The notes below the pieces were generated by a model. The model ran no database searches. It was not told the DNA's origin and saw only the letters and a program-made list of their open reading frames with translations. A stretch of 59,381 nt of DNA, the filler included, from Sphacelaria rigidula (Eukaryota): the NCBI GenBank assembly GCA_964200075.2. It is 9 parts of 9 records of this genome, joined end to end, with 100 filler letters (N's around TTAATTAATTAA, not from the genome) between each part and the next. Parts side by side here need not be neighbours in the genome. Positions count along the whole stretch, not along the records: positions 19,829 to 26,337 come from CAXNAA020019644.1; positions 26,438 to 32,946 come from CAXNAA020019645.1; 7 more parts are not named here. One strand, 5' to 3'. This document shows, piece by piece, positions 22,798-32,615 of the stretch. Both the position numbers and the translations under genes were made by a program. Position 1 is the first letter of the stretch. Each line of letters opens with the position of its first letter.

Positions 22798-22870
22798 GCT
22801 AAATTGAAGAAGTAGAAATGGACGCCAGACACCAGAATACAAGGGTCCTGGTATAATAACAGCAGGTAGT

Positions 22871-23224
22871 TGTCATAAAGAGGGAGTTGCTAATGCACTG
22901 GCTGGGGTTTCTCAGTGTGAGTGCCAGGAGATACCATGGTGCCAACCCACCAAGCTCCCACGTGGGCAACTTCACACAGACCTAGCTATCCTTCCTTGAC
23001 TATCACAAAGTAGGCTCATCCATGTTCAGACTCTTGATAAGGAACTCACGTGTTTGCTTAGAATCATGTTTTATCTACAAGTGTCTCTTACTCAGCATAG
23101 CCGGGGCGCAGCCATAGGAGCAGAGCGTAGTGATGGCCCAGGGTAGAGACCAAGGCAAGCCGGTAACTGATTAGATAGGGCGACGCGGCCTACCGCCGCG
23201 GCTGAACAAGCTTAACTAATGACA
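22871..23224. mobile_element. Solo LTR (354 bp)
   Basis: Termini TGTCATAA...TAATGACA (TG..CA inverted ends), flanked by GTAGT / GTAGC (5-bp TSD with one mismatch). Confidence 0.7.
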
Positions 23225-23892
23225 GTAGCAGACGCAATAACAACGCGTCACGGAATCCAGGGTCTACGAGCAGACCCGCACAGTGTGTACCTTGAAACAC
23301 GTCTGAGCTTCATCACATTGTGCCCCTGGCGTGCGTAGAACGCGTTTTCGTCCAAGTCGATGCCCCAGGCGCCGATTTGAGGTCTGGTAATGCCAGTTCC
23401 ATATCTACCAAGTGATGAACTGAACGAACCTGTAATCATAACTCGAATCCAAACAGCAGCAAGTGTGTGCTGTGTGCAAGTGTGTGTATGGCCGCAAATT
23501 ATGTGTTGAATTCGTCTGCATGCAAGTGTATGTACGGCAATATGATGGTGCGTGGGGTTTTGATCTTGTTTCGAATTTGATCGCCAGGGTATAGTTATAG
23601 TTCATATACACGAAGTATTTTATATACAGTATGTTACGTGTCAGGGAAATGGTATGTATGAATACAAGCAATCAGACACAGATTTACCTTGATTGGCGAT
23701 TGCAGCAACTAGTCTCAGTCTGGGCAGTAACAACAGTAGCAGTACAGGTGCAACCAAGAGAAGGGTCTGACTAGTACACGGGATGCTGTATCTCCGTAGA
23801 ACTTGCTGTAAGTATGCTGAATTCTTCTGGAAACACTTCCAGAACGTTCTTCGTAGATCTAGATGCTTCTGGATTCTGTGTATGTGGGGGAG

Positions 23893-24356
23893 TGTTGGAA
23901 TATTCAATGTCAGTCACGGGTAACGACTACTATCTATCGTAGGTTATCGTAAACAAGTAAGAAATCATTTGAGTGTTCCAGAAATAGTCTGGGGTATATT
24001 CTGCGGTACATTATGTCTCCAGAACAAGTTGTCGGGGGATTAATCGGGAGTAATCGGTTGTAATACCGAGTGTTCTAGACGCGTGGAACTTCTGGAAGTT
24101 CATTAGCTGATCGGTAGGCTCGCACACTTGGTGCTCGCCCACCTGATCACTTCTCTACTACTTCTTCTCTTCTTCATCACCATGAGCGAAAACTTGACTT
24201 CGGGAGTCAGTCAATCATAAGCATCTTCATTTCTTCAGTCAAATTTTCTGATGGATCAAACCGTGGCCCGAGTGTAATCCTCTGCGGTAGGCTACTCAGT
24301 CTACAAAGCACACGCAGCACAACACCGCTGCAGCTACAGGACGCTCTACACTCTCA
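23893..24356 (+). mobile_element. Copia-type LTR with upstream PPT and downstream PBS
   Basis: PPT GGGGGAG (23886-23892), then TGTTGG...CTCTCA, then GGTTATGAGCC (24357-24367), a copia-style PBS complementary to the tRNA-iMet anticodon arm. Confidence 0.7.
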
Positions 24357-24729
24357 GGTTATGAGCCTCGCTAAAACGCGTACACCACGAGTTGCGGATA
24401 TCACGGGGAGGTCAAGACAAGCCTCCCCGCTGGATATCAAACTTGGTCTGTGGACAACGAGAAATTTGGTTTCGGAGATCTTCGGAGATTGCGGCGCCGT
24501 CAGCGGTCAACGGCAACAAAAGTAAGCGCGCAAATTTGGTCATCTACACCAGGGTGCTGGGAATTCACCTTTGATATACACACATTACCACTACTGCGGC
24601 AGTACTGGGTGCATCTGTGGTGAGCCATCAGCAAGTTTACATCGCGTGGGAAAACCTCGAGTTTCTTACACTTCGAGCAAGTTCTTCTGCGGCAGAAGGA
24701 AACACGACTACTGGTGTATCTACACAGCA

Positions 24730-25312
24730 GTGGAAAATACGATCAAGAACCGGAGTCCTCTACATCGTTAGTAGGAGGGGGATCGGGAAGACGACCAACA
24801 GCCGGAGTCCTCTATATCACTAGCAGGAGCGGGATCGGGAAGACGACCAACAACCGGAGTTCTCTATATCACTAGCAGGAGCAGGGTCGGGAAAATACGA
24901 TCAACAACCGGAGTCCTCTACAACAGGAGCGGGATCAGGAAAATACGATCAAGAACCGGAGTCCTCTACATCGTTAGCAGGAGCGGGATCGGGAAGACAA
25001 CCAACAACCGGAGTTCTCTATATCACTAGTAGGAGTGGGGTCGGGAAAATACGATCAACAACCGGAGTCCTCTATATCACTAGCAGGAGCGGGATCGGGA
25101 AGACGACCAACAACCGGAGTTTTCTATATCACTAGCAGGAGCGGGGTCGGGAAAATACGATCAACAACCGGAGTCCTCTACAACGTTAGCAGGAGCGGGA
25201 TCGGAAAAATACGATCAACAGCCGGAGTCCTCTACATCGTTAGCAGGAGCGGGATCGGGAAGACGACCAACAACCGGAGTTCTCTATATCACTAGCAGGA
25301 GCGGGGTCGGGC
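24730..25312. repeat. 52/54-bp minisatellite (~11 units) inside the Copia internal region
   Basis: Units AGCAGGAGCGGGATCGGGAAGACGACCAACAACCGGAGTTCTCTATATCACT (52) and AGCAGGAGCGGGGTCGGGAAAATACGATCAACAACCGGAGTCCTCTACAACGTT (54). Confidence 0.92.
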
Positions 25313-25757
25313 AGCCTCGGGTACATACTTTACCGCGAGCAATCACGCTCCTGCGGCAGGAGTTACATAATCTTGTGGCACGCCTGCCCAGCACTTCTGA
25401 GTAGTTCCTGGAGGACAGACGTGGCCGGGCAGCATAGTAAATTGTTTTGCTGTGGCCGAAATAAAGCCTGAACGCAGCGACGTGTAGCAAGTCTGTCCAG
25501 CACTGATTAGTAGTGCCTGGGGGGCAGACTGCCAGATAGCGAGAGACTGCTGGGCCAAAACGGAAGCCTGCAGGGGTAAACTACTACTACTGCTGTAGCA
25601 ACAAAATCTGGACAGCACCACATTTGCGGGTCAATCTTTGAGTTTGGGCCGTTGAAACGTGCTTAGGATTAGCCTGCGCGCCTGACGCGTAGCACCCCAC
25701 CATCATGGACAAGTCAACCAACATGAACAACACACTCAGGGATAAGGGTTTTCGTGA

Positions 25758-25975
25758 GTGGAGGTCGAAAGTGAAGATAAGCAGCGATACCAGGCCATCA
25801 TTGGTTCCGTCATGTACTTTGCTCAAATCACCCACTGCGACATCATGTACTGCGCCAGTCAACTTGCACGGGCGATGTTGAACCTTTCGAAGATCCACAT
25901 GGGAGCAGCAAAACACCTTCTTCGCTACCTCTACGGGTCTAGGGACTTCAGCATGAGGTACAAGAAAGGAGTCAT
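25758..25975 (+). pseudogene. Ty1/Copia reverse transcriptase C-terminal fragment
   Basis: YQAIIGSVMYFAQITHCDIMYCASQLARAMLNLSKIHMGAAKHLLRYLYGS matches the Copia Y...vGSLmYl...TRPDI.yav..LaR.m..P...H..AAKr.LRYL.GT motif. Confidence 0.9.
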
Positions 25976-26437
25976 TGGAAGTTGTGCGAGCGGCCTGAAG
26001 ACCCGCCATAACTGAGGTTTTGAACAAGCCTCAAAACAGCAGCGAGCTGATGGGTTTCGTGCTGCTGACATCTAGTGCGGAAGCGTACTTGGTAAGGTGT
26101 TTGCTGCTGTGGGTACTTCCAGTACTATAGCTGCCGGTCTGACATAAAACAGCCGATCCTAATTTTTGCGTTTGAAACATAATATGAGGTTGAAGTCCCA
26201 TTTCTCCATTGCAGGGAAGATGCGAAACAGTAACACAGAGCGAAAGTATCTTCCCCCCCCCCAACTCCGCGGGAGACCGCGAGAGTAGGTCACCTGCTGA
26301 ATCGGCATCAATATTCACTTGGGAAAAGTACACGTGGNNNNNNNNNNNNNNNNNNNNNNNNNNNNNNNNNNNNNNNNNNNNTTAATTAATTAANNNNNNN
26401 NNNNNNNNNNNNNNNNNNNNNNNNNNNNNNNNNNNNN

Positions 26438-26508
26438 GTCTCGAAAGGGATGCGTGGTCAATGGTCAAACGACCAAGGCAAGCAACAAATGAGTACGCCC
26501 CCCCCCCT
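26438..26508 (+). mobile_element. LINE 3' terminus (family A) with C tail
   Basis: ...GGATGCGTGGTCAATGGTCAAACGACCAAGGCAAGCAACAAATGAGTACGCCCCCCCCCC. Confidence 0.85.
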
Positions 26509-26532
26509 CAGTGACATCCTCGAGTAGTGTTG

Positions 26533-26643
26533 GATATCGTATCGAAACATAGTTATCGTTTATCGTATCGAAAACAGTTCGATGAAACGATAACGATAAC
26601 GATAGGTCCGATACGATACGATACGATACGATACGATACGATA
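26533..26643. repeat. (ACGAT)n / (ATCGT)n pentanucleotide repeat with inverted halves
   Basis: TATCGTATCG...; GATACGATACGATACGATACGATACGATA. Confidence 0.8.
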
Positions 26644-29229
26644 AACCTTGCCTCTTTACCTGAATGATGAGAATTTTTATTAACAATCTAGGCTCCAACC
26701 CATTCTGCTTTTCGTTTTGGCGTTTTCTGTTCCTAACTTTGGGCAACCATATGCTTCAAGGAGGCATTTCTCCTCGTTGGTCATGCTACTTAAGGGGGAA
26801 AATTATCACGCCTCCGCTCATTAGTTTGTGCCAATTATTCCTCTTTTGCTTTCCCCCTTCGACATTTCGTTTTGATGTGTTCTCTTTTTTCGCGTGCTCA
26901 TTTTTTTTCTGATGTCTCCGGGTTCGCGTAGTGCATGTTTCAAACATTATTTTTCAAGTAAAATGGTTCGATATCCAGTCCTATCCGTCAGGGGTTGCAA
27001 CACTGCCGCCGCGCCCCGGTGATGTGATGGTCCAACTGTCGCCATTAGGGTGGGGAGAACGAGGGTTCGATCCCCGATGCGTTGGGGTTTTCTTTTCGTA
27101 ATATCGTATTTCCACTGTTGTGGAAAGCGTGAGAACGTAGTCGACTGAGTGTTTTTACGTGAGTTGACGCGTTGCGAGAGTGCCGATGGTCATGATCCAA
27201 TCCGCGAGACCAAAATGCAAGGCGTGTACCGGGGCAGAGGTGGGATGATCCCTTGAGACCACGGACTTGTCCCGAGGAAGGCAAGGGGTTCAAAGTGCTA
27301 CGACAAAAAAAAGAATGGCGAATTTTCGGACTTTACGGACCCGAAGTAACCCTTCGAGTGTCCGCCGGAAGTCGTAGTTGCGCATTGCTTGCGGCACCGG
27401 ACTTCGCATGAGTTGATGGCCATATCTAATGTCACATATCACCGCGATTGAAACATACTCGATATTACTGTACGGGTATGGCAATCGGATTCAGATCCTT
27501 GAAACGCTGGCAGTGTCCCCAAATGTTCCCGCTGTGCGCAGGCAGCACACGTTTTTCGTTTCTTGCTCATTGGCGCCTATCAAGAGCTCTCCGCCAGCGT
27601 ATTCTTTGCCTACTCGGGGGACACCGAATGCATATCCCTCACCCCGAAACAACGTTTTCGTAAGATTGAGAGTAGAGCGCTAATTGAGCGTGGGTTTTAT
27701 CATTCGCTTTGAACCCTTTTGGGACTGATCTCCAGTAACAAGGGGTTCACCATGTGTCAGTAAAATAATAATGAAAAAGTCTGGGAGCGACCTGCCCAAT
27801 CACGGCGAGGCAAAATTTATCGACCACATCCGAACGGCCAGTGGGGGGGCTGTCGCTTGGAGTGATGTCACTGCCGAGCTTGTGTGTGTGCCCTGTCCCT
27901 GGTCCTCGAAAAAGCCTTCGAAGCAAAAGAACGCCGCGGTGGCCGGGGAGCTCTTTCCCGTTTTTTAGTCATTTACTTGCATTTTACATAGGTCCTTCCC
28001 CCATTCCCCTGAGTTTGTTTTGGGGTCACCATCCTATAGTAAAACGTAGTAATTACACTAACACAGGGTGCCCGGGGGAAATATGGGAAAAGTGTACCCT
28101 GCTATATATGTGGTCATCTTCACAAGGCGACTGAATCTAGCAACGCCATGGGACGAGAGACAGAGCTCGAGACATGATATTTGCGTATCCCTGTGCTGAG
28201 GCGGTACAGCATCAGTGAGGTCGTATGTAATCGACGGGAACGAACAAGCTGTGTATAGGCGGCTGATCTCCATCGCGGAGAACTGCCCAGAACGTGTAAG
28301 GGAGTATGCAGCGGCAGCTGCTGCTGCAGTCGGAGAGACGTACTGTACTGTATGTGCGGCGCAACGCCCATGCCCTTCGAAGAGAATTCGCAGCGTGCGA
28401 CAAAGAGGGAAATCGCGGCCCACCCCGGCCACAAAGAGCTGTGAGGCAAGGTGATGGGGACAATAATATAATCCAAAGCCACAAGTGGCGGACGGCCCGC
28501 CGGTTGCCACATCCTGTTGAAATCTCTCTACTGCGACCCATACTGCTTGATACATCTGTGCATTACCTGATGCGCACACCACCCGAATCACAGTTTGTAC
28601 TTGGACCTGAAAATAGATTGGATGAAACTTTCGGTCTTCCTGAGAACCCTGCGGTTACAAACGTAGATTGTCAGCAATGTGAAGCCACTATTTCGTGCAT
28701 GCGCCAGACACATCATTCTTAACCAGCCTCATTGGTCGTTCTGGAGGCCCGGTCCCAAAAGGGTTAATGTGATCGCCATCTCTATATGACCCGATCCGCT
28801 TACTGACGATCCGGATCTGTCAATCCGGACCGCCATCCGGCTCGGAACGGTCATCCTCCAATCTCCAGGCCGGGTTGTGGTCATGCCACTCACTCGGGGC
28901 GTCACGTCCGACGCCCCACCTTCCATTTATATAGAGTGAGAAGCCACCTGAGCAATGATATGGATCTAGATGAAGAATTGTATATGTTTACGCAACACTC
29001 TTGACGTTACACGCAAAATTGAAGTCAGTCCTTTCTACAATCCTATAATCAACCCATCAATTTGTAGAAGAATTTCTCCCAAAAAAGGCCCAGTGTGGTG
29101 ATTCGTTGTCGATTTCGCCGGGATCCGCGGGGATTTTTTTTTCGTTTTTACTCTCGTACAGTCAACCATACAATCGAACAGACCACCAAACAAACAAACA
29201 ACCAACCGACCGATGAACCACCCAACCAG

Positions 29230-29370
29230 GCGGCGAGAGCGGCGGCCGCTGCCATAGGCGTCGGGCTCGTTGCGTCACCTCAGGGCGCGCTCGACCCCAC
29301 ACCGGCGGTAGCTGCGAGCGGATCGGGGCTACCGACCTCCGGGTACTTCATACAACACGCCGTCATAAAG
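29230..29370 (+). CDS. Glyoxalase I / VOC-family protein, exon with targeting-peptide end and first metal-ligand strand
   Basis: aaccag|...|gtgcag; 141 nt, AARAAAAAIGVGLVASPQGALDPTPAVAASGSGLPTSGYFIQHAVIK; joins the next exon in frame. Confidence 0.8.
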
Positions 29371-30708
29371 GTGCAGTAGAGAAGAAAAAACCTGGAGTCT
29401 GATTCTTGCAAGTATATCGATTCTGGAGTCGTCTCGCCTTAGGGGCGACAATAGTAACGGCACTATTTGGACTTTTTCGGGAAAAAACGAAATCCATATG
29501 CAACTCATAAAATAAAATAAACATGTGGTAAACATCCGATGCTAGATTTCCGGAATAATCGATAGTCAGTCTAAAATTTATTGGTTGCCTGACCTGCTAA
29601 AATCTAAAATCTGCTCATATTTTTCGGAGAGGAGGTGTTTCATTCCCCAAAACAGCCAGAGATTTCGTCTGAAAAAAATCTCGTTAGTAACGTTCTTTAT
29701 TGATAGTCCTTTTGGCACGAAGCAGTCCACTTGAATCCATGTATATGCTACAGTCCACTTTGCGTATTGATTTTCTTATAGTAGAGGTCCCGCTACAGTG
29801 CAATCCCTCTAAGGTGCAGAATCACACTTTAGTGCGGTCAAAAACAAATCCGATCCGCTCTGCTAATATCAAGTAACTACTGGATACCAGTATAGAGCGG
29901 GGTCCCTATATGATGCGGTCGTGTCGGGCTGGCAACCCACCAACACTATCCTGGGGCTCGTACTGTAGTGTATAAAATTGCTTGTACAGAAAAGATCCTA
30001 GAATCTTCGCTGGGAAAGGGTTGATACATGCAGGGGCAGTCTCAGTAAAGGATGATGGCCTATATAGAGAGAGTATGTGATTTGAGGTGGGGCAGTACTA
30101 ACGGTCAAAGAGGCATTATGCGCCTCCGTAATAAAACCATAAATTGTTTTGGATTGTAGCGTGTGGATGGAGGACACGGATGACGTTGAACGCTCGTGGC
30201 GCGAATAGCGGAGGTCCTTGTGGTTCTCGTGTGTCTGTGTCTGTATTGAATGTGATACATGTAGACGCGGTATCTTTTTCGTGTGTTTCTGGTGACACGC
30301 AGTACGCACGTAACTGATGATACTAAAAACGCACGCAACAGCAATGTAAAGCAAGATGCGTGTTCGCTTATACAAAACGTGCATGCGTTATGGTCCATTT
30401 TGGGTGGTGTTCCGCACTACTGTGTTGTATTTTTGGCTTTCGGAAGGAATCGACTTTTTTTTTTTTGGTTGAGTTGTTGCCCTTGGTTTTCCTTCACAGT
30501 ATCTTTTGCTTCATCGTTTCTTTACTGCAACTCTTCCTTGTTTCTTTTTTCTTCACTATTGTCTCTTCGTTTCCATCTTTTGTGTATTTTGAAACATATC
30601 TTCCTTCTTGTACTTTTTTTTTTTCCTTCATCCTTCAAGATCGCCATCTTCTCTTTTCTCTTTTCTCCGAACTTTTTGTATGATTCCCCTCGTGGCGGCA
30701 TGCAGTAG

Positions 30709-30844
30709 GTGACAGACATGGATGCAGAGGTGAATTTTTTCACTGAAGGGCTGGGGATGAAGGTAGTGCGCCAGAGAGAAGTTGAAGGCGCGCGTAACGT
30801 CTTCGTAGCCTATGGACCGGAGAGCCTCGCGACCAAAGATGGAG
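30709..30844 (+). CDS. Glyoxalase I / VOC-family protein exon
   Basis: cagtag|...|gtacag; VTDMDAEVNFFTEGLGMKVVRQREVEGARNVFVAYGPESLATKDG. With the previous exon it forms the lactoylglutathione-lyase motif HAV.kV.D.....FyT..LGMK..R.R.......fvgYGPE. Confidence 0.88.
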
Positions 30845-30939
30845 GTACAGTGCTGGATCCGCAAAACGTCGGCACAGCTTTTTCGAAGGCGGGATGAGCC
30901 ATTTCATAACCTATAGGTCGGCCATTTCTTTCTGTGCTT

Positions 30940-31141
30940 TGGTGGTGTTGACGTATATTTTTTTTTTTGTCACGACTTAGTCTGCTACGTCGTTCTGTTC
31001 GACCCCTCTTTTTTTTTTTCTTTTCCTTAGGGCGTGTTTCAGTTTCGTTTTTCTTGGGTACTGTACGTCTATCATGAGACCCCGGCTGGACCCCTGGGGG
31101 GTCAGTTGAAGTGCGACAATCAATCAATCAGTCAATCAATC
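30940..31141 (+). mobile_element. Retroposon-like repeat (family C) with (ATCA)n tail
   Basis: ...GGCTGGACCCCTGGGGGGTCAGTTGAAGTGCGACAATCAATCAATCAGTCAATCAATC; inverted homolog of 5009-5230. Confidence 0.7.
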
Positions 31142-31654
31142 TATCACTATTTCCACATATATTTGCCCGATTTCTCGGACCCGTGGTCGCAGACATAGGC
31201 TGATCTTTCCGGTACCGTCGCTGCTTTTCCTCGAAAGAGATAAGAGCTCTCATCGTTTCTTTTCGAGACTCCAAGAAAAAACGGGAACAAAACAAAACGA
31301 AATAATCGCGAATAAAGTTAAGAGAAGAGAGAGCCATAATGCGGTTGTACTGGCACTTCACAGTTTTTTCTATCGGCAATTTATATATTACTAATAACAC
31401 AAGTACTACGTAGTAATAAATATTAACTCGTCGAATGGGGTTGAGTCCACCTCGTGGCAAATTGGACTCGCTCAGGGCGTGTCTTTGCATACCATTGCTT
31501 TTTCGGTCGAAAACGTGCGGTGGGAAACGAAAAATGCAGATCTCATACGTACAGTAGGTAGTCATTTCAACATGAATGACGAACGACGATTTACGTCCAG
31601 ACCAGATCGAACGAAAAATATTTTCTTCCGCCTCATCTTGTTTTTTGGAACGAA

Positions 31655-31850
31655 AAATTATTTTTCCAGGGCAGGGCCTGATATTGCTACCTTTTTACAG
31701 TCGGACGAGTTCATCGCTGCTTCGAATCACCAAATCTACGATTTTTTAGGCTTTTTTTCATCGAGAAATATTTTTTCCAAGACAGGGTCTGATACTGGTA
31801 CCTTTTAACAGTCGGGCGAGTTCATCGCTGCTTCGAATCACCAAATCTAC
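31655..31850. repeat. ~110-bp tandem duplication
   Basis: TTTTTTCCA..CAGGG.CTGATA.TG.TACCTTTT.ACAGTCGG.CGAGTTCATCGCTGCTTCGAATCACCAAATCTAC twice. Confidence 0.8.
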
Positions 31851-32359
31851 CACGGGTAGGACAAATCAACTCGTTAGTCAACTCAGAGCCAACATAACAC
31901 CACACTCGGCAGGTATAAGGGATGCGCGGCAGTTCGCCGTGGCTGTTGAGTACCGTGCACGAGCGATACCTCTGCGTAATGGTGGAAAGATGCGTTCCTC
32001 CAATCAAGAACCGTCGACGGCGTGGTCGTATGTTGTTGTGTTTGGACATCACAGAAAGGAAACACGTAATGATGTACTGAAAGCACCTGTACGGATTGTT
32101 CCGCCGTGCCGGGAGTACAACACGGAGCACTTTTCACTTTTTTGTGCTTCAGACTAACCGACAGCGAAGGGGATGTGGCCGGTACCATAGTATGGGAAAG
32201 AAACATGGAGGATATCGTAGATTGCACATCGTGAACAAAGTTGCGCAGTGGTGTACGGTGGTCCACCGTGGTTGGTAATTGCTGTGTAAAAATAGACCTC
32301 GACGGAATCCACTCGGGGTTTCCTTGTCCGGACCCAACAAAGCATAGCACAGCAGGACG

Positions 32360-32615
32360 GATACACTACGCTGGGCTACGCTACGCTACACTACACTACA
32401 CTAGACTACAAAACACACCCCAGCACATCACGGCACAGTTCCGCACAAACCAGCACGGCAGCGTACTGTGTGCTCCCACAATACACTACTGTACTCTACA
32501 CTACACTACACTCACCGGCTCACTACACTTACCACAACAGAACAAGCCCAGCGCAGAGCAGCGCAGTATAACACAGAACATTACTGTGATACCGTACCGT
32601 ACCATGAACGGTACC
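32360..32615. repeat. Degenerate pentanucleotide simple repeats (CACTA/CGCTA/CACAG)
   Basis: CTACGCTACGCTACACTACACTACACTAG, CTACACTACACTACAC etc. Confidence 0.7.

Noticed and set aside
24730..25312. CRISPR-like regularly spaced repeats
   Set aside because: Whole units repeat with no unique spacers; no cas genes; eukaryotic Copia context.
28190..28926. Possible small exons on either strand (e.g. RSYVIDGNEQAVYRRLISIAENCPER+gtaagg; minus LRDGDQPPIHSLFVPVDYIRPH*)
   Set aside because: Splice-like signals exist but I could not build a consistent phase chain or recognise a protein family.
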